64,000 nt of DNA from positions 1,728,001 to 1,792,000 of the forward strand of contig CBDBMJ010000001.1 in the NCBI GenBank assembly GCA_965207455.1, given 5' to 3'. Position numbers and translations under genes: made by a program. This document shows, in pieces, positions 30,353 through 39,208 of the stretch. The notes beneath the pieces were generated by a model. That model searched no databases and was not told where the DNA came from. It saw only the letters and a program-made list of their open reading frames with translations. This stretch comes from Bdellovibrionota bacterium (GTDB taxonomy: Bacteria; Bdellovibrionota; UBA1018; CAIPTA01; JAALKR01). Every line of letters begins with the position of its first letter. The first letter of the stretch is position 1.

Positions 30353-32071
30353 TTAATATCTTATCCCGAGCAGGCTTCCTTCTGGTCCTTCATCTGTAAG
30401 ACGCAGTTTAATATAGTCATCAAAATTAAACTCACTACTAAAATCGGAGTGAGGAATCATGTCGGAGTTAATGGTCATGATATATTGAAAATTGTACTCT
30501 TTTGATTTTTTAGCGACTTGTTCTATAGCATGTGCGATTTGACGCTGATCAACTCCCTCATAAATAATGCTGTCATGGACGAGAAAATCGATATTTCTTC
30601 CTAGTATCACTTGCATGCAGATGATCATAAGATCGTAACAAAATGTTTTCATTTTACCAATGCCACCGCCGCGACCACCTGGGATATCAACATCGAAGTG
30701 ATATCCTTTATCAGAAATATTGATAACAAATTCCCCAGGTACACCATAAAGAGCCGTAGCTGTTTCGTTGAAGAGCTTAATAGACTGCTCCCAAAATGCT
30801 CTTTTCTCTTCGTAGTCAATAGTAGCTTTCTTGTCGAGTTCCAATCTATCTAACTGAATATCCTTGCGCTTAAGTTTTTTATCTTTAATATCCTCAATGC
30901 TCTTTTTAATATTTTCAACTTTTCCAACGATTTTAGTGTGCTGTTCCTGCAGAAGAGAGTATTCTTCAAGTGCACCATGCGTTTTTAAAATTTCCATGCA
31001 CTCTGAACGTTCGTCTGTTAGTTTTTTAATCAACAGTTCATGTTTGCTTATATTATTTTCTATCTGTGTAATTTCGCTACCTAAAAATGAAGCACGATTA
31101 CTTATAATTTTTTCGTGGAAGAGATTAGCTTCTTCCAATGTTTTCTTAATAGCATTATGAAATACCAATCCTGCTTCTTTATAAATCTTCTCAAGTTTTA
31201 TTTTTTCAGGTACTTTTTCTTCAACAATAGCGTTTTTGTAATGCCTTAGTTTTTGATTATCTAATATATTCTGATTGGCTTGCTGGTGAACCTCAGAAGT
31301 CAATTTATTGGCTTTGACCTGAATATCTTTATACTGCTCGTGAACCTTGAAATTAGAAAGAATCTTTCTGCCTTTCTCTAACTCCTGCTCAAGTGCCACT
31401 TTTTTTGCCTCCAGCACGCCTTGTGTCTCATATAAACCTTCTTTAATCATTCTATCCAAATCTTTTAGCTGTTTATCTTTTTTGTATAAAGCAGTCCATT
31501 TTTCAGCATATTGGGAGTTCAAGCCTACAAAAAAGGTATTATATATATGTGCAACATTATTCGCTTGGGCTGCAAAAAACTTTAATGGCGTAGTGTAAGC
31601 CTCATTGCTGGAACGAATAAAATAAGATAGCATGCTTCTCATAGATATTTTGCTTGTTTTTGGTATGGAAAAAAGAGCTAAGCCCAAAAGCTCCTTCCAT
31701 TTTTCTAAAGTTAAAACGTATGTGTTTGTCTCTTCGTCCAGTTCTGGTATGATCGACCAGCCTTTTATTTCCCGATCGAAAAAAATATGCTTTGGATTAT
31801 CAGTTTTTCTTGTTGCGCGAACTCTCTCTTTCAAAAGAGTAATATCGATTGTAAAGCTCCACTCTTTCAAATCATCAATACATATACTGCTTCTTGCAGC
31901 ATCACTACCGAGGCAAAAATTAATTATTGACACCAGTGTTGACTTACCTCTGCTATTAACTGTTTTCTGACTGTCGGAGTGAGCATCGCGATCTGCAACA
32001 ACAACATTTAACCCTTTTTCAAACTGAACAGATTTAAATGATGGCTTGTTGGAATAAATCCCGTGAATCAT
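30353..32071 (-). CDS. Lamassu/ABC-3C SMC-like ATPase (DUF2326, LmuB-like)
   Basis: NSRGKST Walker A, coiled coil, GIGKMKTFCYDL, FLVHDS, VDQRQ, QYIMT. Confidence 0.87.
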   Translation of the reverse strand: MIHGIYSNKPSFKSVQFEKGLNVVVADRDAHSDSQKTVNSRGKSTLVSIINFCLGSDAARSSICIDDLKEWSFTIDITLLKERVRATRKTDNPKHIFFDREIKGWSIIPELDEETNTYVLTLEKWKELLGLALFSIPKTSKISMRSMLSYFIRSSNEAYTTPLKFFAAQANNVAHIYNTFFVGLNSQYAEKWTALYKKDKQLKDLDRMIKEGLYETQGVLEAKKVALEQELEKGRKILSNFKVHEQYKDIQVKANKLTSEVHQQANQNILDNQKLRHYKNAIVEEKVPEKIKLEKIYKEAGLVFHNAIKKTLEEANLFHEKIISNRASFLGSEITQIENNISKHELLIKKLTDERSECMEILKTHGALEEYSLLQEQHTKIVGKVENIKKSIEDIKDKKLKRKDIQLDRLELDKKATIDYEEKRAFWEQSIKLFNETATALYGVPGEFVINISDKGYHFDVDIPGGRGGGIGKMKTFCYDLMIICMQVILGRNIDFLVHDSIIYEGVDQRQIAHAIEQVAKKSKEYNFQYIMTINSDMIPHSDFSSEFNFDDYIKLRLTDEGPEGSLLGIRY

Positions 32072-32295
32072 CTTTTGGATCTCACTATCATGTTATCTTT
32101 TATGTCAATTATTCCAGTAATATGTAGCATATCTAAAGTCAAAATAAATCGCTCATATGTTTGTATCGCAGAATTAGCTTTTACTGCTTCCCATAGGTTT
32201 GAAAGCAGCACGGGTTTGGAGGTTTGTCGCAGAATCAAAGCACCAGTTCCGAGTAATGCTTCATGTGCAGCAGTATGTTTTGTCGGTAAGATCAT
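32068..32295 (-). CDS. ABC-3C middle component (LmuC-like)
   Basis: MILPTKH...ALLGTGALIL...FILTLDML; 4-nt overlaps with both neighbours. Confidence 0.83.
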   Translation of the reverse strand: MILPTKHTAAHEALLGTGALILRQTSKPVLLSNLWEAVKANSAIQTYERFILTLDMLHITGIIDIKDNMIVRSKR

Positions 32296-33047
32296 GTTTC
32301 AAAAATCTCACATAATTCAAACAAGTGTACTAATACAGTCAGACCTGCCGCTTGCCGTTTAAAATCAATGCTACTACCGCCAGAAAACTGAAACATACTT
32401 TCAAACAAGTCATCGCCAGTAATACCCTTATCTACTAGACTATCATATTCGTTTCTAAAGCCTTTTTTTAGCCGTTCTGGATAACCCTCATCTAGCTTTG
32501 ATTGGTTTTCAATATATTTACCTACTTCACGACTGCGGCTCAAACCCGTTACAATAAGATTGTACGTCGATTTCGTTAAGTTGTTCTTTTTAATTTTTTT
32601 CTCAGGTGGCAGTAAGTGAAAAGATGTGTTTGCCTCTATTATGCTTCCTGAAAGGAGTACATTAATGGCAGTCTCGAATTCTGCAAAACCGATATTGATC
32701 ACTTCTTTTTCTAAAGAAATCGTAACCCAAGCTTCATGCTTTTTTTTCATTTGACGAAGACCTTCGATTGAATAATCAGGCTCCATCGTATCAACAATAT
32801 CGTGATGCGTCCCGCAAAGCAAAATCAAATTATCGTATGTGTTGCGTTTCTCTCGAGAATAGGAACGATCTCCTCTTGGACCATTATCACTGTGCGCAAT
32901 AATGTGGGCAATTTTACCAATTTGTTTCGTTTCTCTAGTTTTTTTCTCTTCCAGAATTAATTCTGTACGGCATTCTGGAAAGCTACAACGCCCTGCTGCC
33001 TTTCCATATAACATCTTGATGTCTCCTGCTCGCATTGTTCTTGCCAT
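32292..33047 (-). CDS. Lamassu effector: HNH endonuclease plus ABC-3C C-terminal domain (LmuA-like)
   Basis: GRCSFPEC, IAHI, NLILLCGTHHDIVD; C-terminal LVHLFELCEIFE. Confidence 0.85.
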   Translation of the reverse strand: MARTMRAGDIKMLYGKAAGRCSFPECRTELILEEKKTRETKQIGKIAHIIAHSDNGPRGDRSYSREKRNTYDNLILLCGTHHDIVDTMEPDYSIEGLRQMKKKHEAWVTISLEKEVINIGFAEFETAINVLLSGSIIEANTSFHLLPPEKKIKKNNLTKSTYNLIVTGLSRSREVGKYIENQSKLDEGYPERLKKGFRNEYDSLVDKGITGDDLFESMFQFSGGSSIDFKRQAAGLTVLVHLFELCEIFET

Positions 33048-33442
33048 GATATGAGTACGTTTTTTGTAACATCAATTATATAAGTCATAAAGACAATTCT
33101 AAAAAAGACCACACCTTTAGAGGCTCTATCTCGTCCAAGACGGCTTAAATTTTTCATTTAGGCATAATGGCACAAGGCAATCTTTGGTTATAAGGCAGCC
33201 TTCAAGTGCCGAGCTGCTACTCAATCCGAGGTCGAGCAGTATGGTTATGATTATTAATAATCACATATTGGAGTCATATAATAATCACATTGCGCCATGT
33301 ATTGGGCTCGTTTCATAATAGGACTGTTGTATGTCTTTTCAAAATATACGCAAAGCACAAATCATTTAATTTCAACAAGTTAAGATTGTCACACAACACC
33401 GAACCGACGAACTCGGCTGGATAACTCGCATATAAGCACATT

Positions 33443-33541
33443 CATAGCTTGGATCCTGAGAATCATTCCGACATTCTTCAAGGAACACACCTGCAATTCA
33501 TAACCTCCTTATTGGATTCCCAACGTTAGATGAGAAAGCTG
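33443..33541. repeat. Island spacer repeat, copy 5
   Basis: TTGGATCCTGAGAATCATTCCGACATTCTTCAAGGAACACACCTGCAATTCATAACCTCCTTATTGGATTCCCAACGTTAGATGAGAAAGCT. Confidence 0.9.
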
Positions 33542-33542
33542 A

Positions 33543-33707
33543 CTAACCGCCGTTTTTGAATCTTATAGCTCTTCTTGATGCAAGGGCGATGGAAACAGGA
33601 ACTGTAAGCTTAACCTTTGACCAATCGCCATCTTTTGCTGTCTTCTTTGCGCCTGAGGGATCAGGTTTCTTTTTTCTTTTTGCTCCGACTGTACTTTTTT
33701 TTGCCAT
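33543..33707 (-). CDS. Lys-rich small protein, family copy C (54 aa)
   Basis: Differs from copy B at two residues; followed directly by the spacer repeat. Confidence 0.65.
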   Translation of the reverse strand: MAKKSTVGAKRKKKPDPSGAKKTAKDGDWSKVKLTVPVSIALASRRAIRFKNGG

Positions 33708-34262
33708 AACCCTACTTTCCTCTTTATCTAAACTATTGTAAAACAAAACGTAAACACAGACAGTGTTCTCAGAACCTACACTACAATCAACGTTTTACTC
33801 TACCCCTTTTCACCTGCTGCCCGCAAGCGCAGTAATGCTTGAAAACTGTTTTTCATTATCATCTAGTTTACCTATTCTAGTCACTTATTTTATGCGCTGG
33901 CACTACCTCAGAAGCCCCGGCGTGTCCGATAGCACGGTAGTGTACCACCACTGCCAGCAGCCCCGGCCCCAGCCTGATGTCCAAAGTGTTGGGTGTCTTT
34001 TTAAAATATTGCCGAGCATAATCTGTTTATTTTCAGCTAGTTGCGATTTTTGCATTGCTCCGAATCCATGAACTCTGGAGAGTGAGGGGGAGTTTACCTA
34101 TATGGCATAGGGATCTAAGCGCGGCTTTCCTATTTCTCAAAGATATTATCAAGTAAAAACAATTACTTACAGAATTTTTTTATAAATAACTCAATTTTTG
34201 GGTTATTTATGTTTACTTTCTGCCCAATATATTGCATAATTAACTCAATAGTTGAGGTAATT

Positions 34263-34835
34263 ATGCAAAATAAAGCAAAAGACAGGCTTTACAAGTACGC
34301 AAGTCTGCAGGAGGGTTTGTTTACCACAAAGCAAGCTGAGAGGGCTGGTTATAGGCGAAGTCATCATTCCTACCATGTAAGGGCAGGTAATTGGATTCGT
34401 GAAATGAGGGGGCTTTATCGGCTCTCTCATTTTCCTCAAGATGATGAAGATGCTCAGCTTGTTCTTTGGTATTTATGGTCAAGGGATCAAAATGAAATAC
34501 CTCGGGGGGTTTACTCCCATGATACAGCTCTTAGAGTTTATGAGCTCAGCGACATCATGCCTAAAAAGTTGCACATAACAGTTCCAAAAAAATTTCGTCG
34601 TTTCAATAATATACCTGGGATACTCGCTCTTCATAAGACTGATCTTTCAAATTCCCACATTCGTCTGATGAGAGGGTTTGCCGTCACAACTCCCGTTCGG
34701 ACAATTCTTGATCTGATTCATTCAAGGCACTTAGATATTTTTCTAGTAAAGCAAGCCCACGATGAGGCTTTAGAAAAAGGAATGCTGTTGCCAGGGGATG
34801 AGGAAAAAATTAGAGAGGCATTTAATGAAAGATAA
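34263..34835 (+). CDS. Type IV TA antitoxin, AbiEi family
   Basis: QEGLFTTKQA...RGLYRL, SHDTALRVYELSD, HITVP, VTTPVRTILDL; probable ATG at 34263. Confidence 0.85.
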   Translation: MQNKAKDRLYKYASLQEGLFTTKQAERAGYRRSHHSYHVRAGNWIREMRGLYRLSHFPQDDEDAQLVLWYLWSRDQNEIPRGVYSHDTALRVYELSDIMPKKLHITVPKKFRRFNNIPGILALHKTDLSNSHIRLMRGFAVTTPVRTILDLIHSRHLDIFLVKQAHDEALEKGMLLPGDEEKIREAFNER

Positions 34836-34925
34836 AAAGTACCAGGCACCCAGCGCACTGCTTTTCTCACTCTCTAAGCGGCTGGAAAGAGCAAAATCAG
34901 AGGGCACTGACATTCAGCCTCTCTC
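34825..34925 (+). pseudogene. 5' stub of the cognate AbiEii-type toxin
   Basis: MKDKKYQAPSALLFSLSKRLERAKSEGTDIQ overlaps the AbiEi stop and runs into repeat copy 6 after ~33 codons. Confidence 0.65.
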
Positions 34926-35024
34926 GATCATTTCTTGTTTGGATCCTGAGAATCATTTCGACATTCTTCAAGGAACACACCTGCAATTCATAACCTCCTT
35001 ATTGGATTTCCGCTGTAACTTTTC
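34926..35024. repeat. Island spacer repeat, copy 6
   Basis: GATCATTTCTTGTTTGGATCCTGAGAATCATTTCGACATTCTTCAAGGAACACACCTGCAATTCATAACCTCCTTATTGGATTTCCGCTGTAA. Confidence 0.9.
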
Positions 35025-35026
35025 CT

Positions 35027-36016
35027 TTATTGAAAAGAGATTCTTTCTGGGTACACCTTGGTATATAGCTTAGCTATGTTGGAAAAGATTACATCTTTTG
35101 TAGCAATTTTTGAAAAATAATTGCCCATTATATTTAGCAATCTGTCGGAAAAGTTTTCTGATAGTGACACCTTTCTGTTAGCTTTCAAAATATTCAAGAG
35201 TTCACCATTTTTTTGAGATTCTTCCTTTATCTTTAACGTTATCATATCTTCCAGTTGTATGATGTAAGACATGTCATGCTCAAATGATGACAGTTCCTTG
35301 GACGGTTCATAGAAAAAAATCCCCTTTGAATCAAATTGGTTCAAGGATAAACTGATTAATTTTTTAGGATTACTCTCAATTATAATTTTACTACTCTCTT
35401 CTTCAGAATCCTTTTTATATTCCTGTAAATCTAACTCCCATTTAGTAGACGACTTGAACTTTTGTAAGGCATCTATAGCAGCAGCATTGCTATCTGGGTT
35501 ATTAATATTTAAAGCTTCAATTATAGCTTCTAGCACCTCACTGGGATCACTGCCCTTTATCCCGTCAGATTTCTTTACTTTATTAAATAAGGCACTCATT
35601 GCATTTACGGCTTCTTTAGAAAGTTCTTTTTTTGCAAAATTTATAAATTTTGTTTCAAGAAAATTAATAGGTGATTTTGGAAGGTTCTTTCCCTTGAGGA
35701 CACCCTCAATTGTCCCTCTTTCAATAGCACTTAATAATCCCTGTAATGGGCACAAAAACAGATTTGTGCTAAAGTATCTGCCCTTTTCATGAACCATGTC
35801 GCATGCTTTATTGAGTACAGACCATAATTCGTGGGAGTAATTGCTATCTTTTGAATATGCTTTAAATAAATCGTATATAGCGGAATGTCTTGCTATTTTT
35901 TTTATATCCTCAGTGCCTAACTCTATCACGTCACCAGTACGCAACATCCCATCTTTTCCATCAGAGTACATGCAAGGACGATAACTCTCAATATGAGTTT
36001 TCCAATCGGGATTCAT
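35027..36016 (-). CDS. Hypothetical protein (329 aa)
   Basis: Long ORF flanked by the Lys-rich ORF (5') and spacer repeat (3'); a deleted relic exists near 25 kb. Confidence 0.7.
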   Translation of the reverse strand: MNPDWKTHIESYRPCMYSDGKDGMLRTGDVIELGTEDIKKIARHSAIYDLFKAYSKDSNYSHELWSVLNKACDMVHEKGRYFSTNLFLCPLQGLLSAIERGTIEGVLKGKNLPKSPINFLETKFINFAKKELSKEAVNAMSALFNKVKKSDGIKGSDPSEVLEAIIEALNINNPDSNAAAIDALQKFKSSTKWELDLQEYKKDSEEESSKIIIESNPKKLISLSLNQFDSKGIFFYEPSKELSSFEHDMSYIIQLEDMITLKIKEESQKNGELLNILKANRKVSLSENFSDRLLNIMGNYFSKIATKDVIFSNIAKLYTKVYPERISFQ

Positions 36017-36052
36017 ACAATTTTTTTCTTCTAAGTAATCTTACAAAATCAA

Positions 36053-36223
36053 CTAGCCGCCGTTTTTAATTCTTATGGCTCTTCTTGATGCCAGAACAAC
36101 AGAAACAGGAACTGTAAGATCGATGTTTGACCAATCGCCATCTTTTGCTGTCTTCTTTGCGCCTGATGGATCAGGTTTCTTTTTTCTTTTCGTTCCTGCT
36201 GTGGAACTCCTTTTTTTTGCCAT
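36053..36223 (-). CDS. Lys-rich small protein, family copy D (56 aa; below ORF-track cutoff)
   Basis: MAKKRSSTAGTKRKKKPDPSGAKKTAKDGDWSNIDLTVPVSVVLASRRAIRIKNGG*. Confidence 0.65.
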   Translation of the reverse strand: MAKKRSSTAGTKRKKKPDPSGAKKTAKDGDWSNIDLTVPVSVVLASRRAIRIKNGG

Positions 36224-36694
36224 AACCCTATTTTCCCCTCTATCTAACTATATGTAAAACAAAACCTACACTACAATCAGTTCCCCACTTTACCTCGTTC
36301 ACCTGTTACTCGCAAGCGCAATAATGCTTGAAAGCTGTTTTTCATTATCATCTAGTTCTTACCGATTCTAGTCACTTATTTTATGCGCTGGCACTGCCCC
36401 AGAAGCTCCGACGTCCGATAGCACGAAAGTATACCACCAGATTCGCACGGTAGTATACCAACGCTGCCAGCAACCCCGGCCCCAGCCTGATGTCCAAAGT
36501 GTTGTGTGTCTTTTTGAAATGTTGTATGTCTTCTCAAAATACACGCAAAGCACAAATCATGTAATTTCAACAAGTTGAGCCTATCGCACAACACCGAACC
36601 GACGAACTCGGCTGGATAATTCGTATATAAGCTTGCCAGAGCACACCGTCGTTTCTTTCTGATTTGTCATCGTTACAAGCCATGTTTACTCATT

Positions 36695-37077
36695 TCCATT
36701 CTGTTCAAGACAAAGCTACTTCGTCCCCCTGATTACAGCCCATTCATAGCTTGGATCCTGGGGAGCATTCGTGCCCTTGCCAAGAGCCCACTTCTGCATC
36801 TATCCTGATTAGTAGTTAAGGTTTTAGCGTACGAGTTCAGTTTTGTTCCCTTCGACGACGACGCCTGTTTTATAGCTTCTTAAGATTTCCTAGTTGAGCT
36901 TTCACACAGGTGAAGTTGCATAGTTTCATTGTTTTTTTTGCTGGATAAAATTTTCATTCCACTGGCCAGCCTCTGCGGATCATTTCTTGCTTGGCTCCTG
37001 AGAATCATTTCGACACTCCTCAAGGAACACACCGACGATTCATCACCTCCTTATTGGATTCCCGCTGTAATTTTCCC
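36695..37077. repeat. Island spacer repeat, copy 7 (long form, two cores)
   Basis: AAGACAAAGCTACTTC module, variant core TGGATCCTGGGGAGCATTC, CCTGATTAG...GTTCCCTTCGACGAC...CTTAAGATTTCCTAG module, then canonical core. Confidence 0.9.
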
Positions 37078-37078
37078 T

Positions 37079-37531
37079 TTATAAGCTCCATCTTTCGTAA
37101 CAGTTTTGCGACTTGAATTCTTCCTCAATCCTTGAATCTTCCATGAAGCTATCAACATAGTTAAGTCTATTGAATTGATAGAGGTAGTAGGGGGTAGTAG
37201 GGCTTGTGGTGAATGTAATTCCTGTGGAGTTGAGCCAATTCTTACAAGTGAAGGAGAGTGGTAGGGTATGTTTGTTGTTTGTTGGCCATGCTATATTGCA
37301 GTTGTTATATTCTTCAATTTCGGCGTTTACAAAAGTTAGAGGCAATACTTTTATATTGCCATACTGTGGTTTTGAGGTGTCGTAGGTGATTTCAAACTTA
37401 CTGTGGGTGAATTCTCCATTCCAGCCGCAGGTAAACTGTAGAGTTTTCATTTCGCTGTGTGCGGAGGCAAGATTTGGGGATAGGGTTACTATTAGGCAGC
37501 CTAGTATTATTATATTTTTTACGTTTTTCAC
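37079..37531 (-). CDS. Secreted hypothetical protein
   Basis: AAGGA RBS, signal-peptide-like N-terminus, four Cys in the mature part. Confidence 0.65.
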   Translation of the reverse strand: MKNVKNIIILGCLIVTLSPNLASAHSEMKTLQFTCGWNGEFTHSKFEITYDTSKPQYGNIKVLPLTFVNAEIEEYNNCNIAWPTNNKHTLPLSFTCKNWLNSTGITFTTSPTTPYYLYQFNRLNYVDSFMEDSRIEEEFKSQNCYERWSL

Positions 37532-37795
37532 AATTATATCCTTTTTGTTATTAGGTTAAGAAGTGCAGCATGCGACCTCTTGATTATGGGTTCCTTATAG
37601 CTACCTTCCCCTTAGTTGTCAGGGCCCTCTAGTTACGCATCGAACAAACTGAGTTATTGAGGAGTAGTTTGGGCATTTTGAGGTATTTCTGTGTGATTAG
37701 GGTATGGGGGGGCATTTATTTGGTTGGGGTGGGGCATTTGTGAGTTTCAGGAGGTATTTTTGCATTATTTTTGACAGGGGTTATTATTTTGGGAG

Positions 37796-38044
37796 TGAGT
37801 TTTGTTTTGTTCCCTTCGACGGCGACGGTTGTTTTATAGTTTCTTAAGATTTCCTAGGTGAGTTTTCACTCGGTTAAGGTTGGATAGTTTCATTGTTTTT
37901 TTTGCTGGATAAGATTTTATTCCGATCGCCGGCCTTTTCGGGTCATTTCTTGTTTGGATCCTGAGTATCATTTCGACAGATTCCAAGGAACACACCGACG
38001 ATTCATCACCTTACTTATTGGATTTCCGCTGTGACTCTCCCTCC
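37796..38044. repeat. Island spacer repeat, copy 8 (long form)
   Basis: TTTGTTCCCTTCGACGGCGAC...CTTAAGATTTCCTAGGTGAG...GGGTCATTTCTTGTTTGGATCCTGAG...AGGAACACACCGACGATTCATCACCTTACTTATTGGATTTCCGCTG. Confidence 0.9.
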
Positions 38045-38047
38045 ATT

Positions 38048-39208
38048 TTAAAGGGACTGTTTATTTTTTGGAAGAATATCATTCACTTCTTTTGTAAATT
38101 CCATTGTTCGCTTTTCAGCATCAATGCTAAGAACTCCTATTACTCCTGATTGTTTATCTTTTTCTACTTCTTGATAAGCATCTCTCAATTCTCTAAAAAT
38201 ACGAAAACCTTCCATAATAGTATTTTCCCACTCCTTAAATCCAACATCTTTTACTTCTAGTTCGCTTGTTAAATTTCTTACAAATTTCAACATATCATAT
38301 TCTATGCGAACCATTCCTTCTAAAAAATCATTCCGCTTCGCATAGTTAAATATCTGAAGGGAAATAGCTTCTTCTCGAATTATAGCTCTTGCTCCATCTT
38401 CATTCTTATCTGTAGTAGAACTGTTCTTACGCTTAACTTTTAGAAGACTTCTCAGGACAGGGGACCAGCCTAAAAAAGTAACATAAGACCAATGAAACAC
38501 ATCATGAAACCTGTAATAATCGGGTGATTCATTATTATCATCCACTAGGTCACCTAGATTCATGTCATTCATCTGCATTAAAATTTTATTATCAGTCGAT
38601 TTAATGAATTTAATTTCTGCTTTTCTGGGAAGCCGTTGATAGCGTGGGGAATCTTTATCACGAAAATAACCTTCATCTCTAGGATCTTCCCAACGAGATT
38701 TATTCTTAGCAAGGTTGTCAGAAAACAATTCTTCTTTATTAAGCTTATTTTTCTTCAGTATAAAGAAAATTATTTTTAAAATTTTTTTTATTCTTTCCTT
38801 TAAAAAATCTTTCTTTCTTAAATTACCTCTTTCTTTTAATATTTCAACAGAAATCTGGAGTAATTTATAAATGACTTCTAAATCATTTTCCGTGGTGCTT
38901 GCATCTTCTTGGTTAATAAAATCATCATTTAATTCAATGTTATTCAAGAATGCCAAAGCGGCTGTATACCACAAAGCATCGCCTAACTCCTCAAGAAGAG
39001 ATTCTTTATATTCTTTTATTTCTAGTGAATCTCTTTTTGCTCTTTTATATATACTGGCAAGCGAGCCTATCTCACCACAAAGGCCTAAAAGTACAATCTC
39101 CAGTTTTTTCTCTTCGGTAAGTCCTGTGAGTAATGTTTTTGTCGCTTCCCTTTGATATTCTTTAAGGTTCATTTCTGTAGGTAGGATGATTGACAGGGTT
39201 TTTCCCAA
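38048..39208 (-). CDS. MazG-like NTP pyrophosphohydrolase with MazG-C domain
   Basis: LKEYQ, LGLCGEIGSL, EELGDALWY; C-terminal GDLVDDN...YRFHDVFH...GWSPVLR...EDGARA..REE; probable start at MNLKEYQ. Confidence 0.85.
   Translation of the reverse strand: MGKTLSIILPTEMNLKEYQREATKTLLTGLTEEKKLEIVLLGLCGEIGSLASIYKRAKRDSLEIKEYKESLLEELGDALWYTAALAFLNNIELNDDFINQEDASTTENDLEVIYKLLQISVEILKERGNLRKKDFLKERIKKILKIIFFILKKNKLNKEELFSDNLAKNKSRWEDPRDEGYFRDKDSPRYQRLPRKAEIKFIKSTDNKILMQMNDMNLGDLVDDNNESPDYYRFHDVFHWSYVTFLGWSPVLRSLLKVKRKNSSTTDKNEDGARAIIREEAISLQIFNYAKRNDFLEGMVRIEYDMLKFVRNLTSELEVKDVGFKEWENTIMEGFRIFRELRDAYQEVEKDKQSGVIGVLSIDAEKRTMEFTKEVNDILPKNKQSL

Noticed and set aside
18990..33541. Spacer repeats as classical integron attC sites (GTTAGGC near 18997 and GTTAGAT near 33525 fit GTTRRRY)
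   Set aside because: These boxes occur in only two copies, no complementary partner box is conserved at the other end, and no intI is in the window. An IntegronFinder run is still advised.
30134..34081. Inverted similarity between 30134-30180 and 34040-34081 as the ends of a transposon around Lamassu 2
   Set aside because: Short and imperfect, with no target duplication or transposase; more likely fragments of a decayed sequence.
25094..36257. Plus-strand ORFs antisense to the Lys-rich family (25094, 29718, 33556, 36075)
   Set aside because: Starts and ends vary between copies, whereas the minus-strand frame has a conserved ATG, RBS-like sequence and stop. A type I toxin or antisense role is not excluded but is unsupported.
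36695..38044. Spacer repeat as a protein-coding remnant
   Set aside because: The core has stops in all three minus-strand frames and copies differ by frame-breaking indels; short plus-strand ORFs across copies are not conserved.
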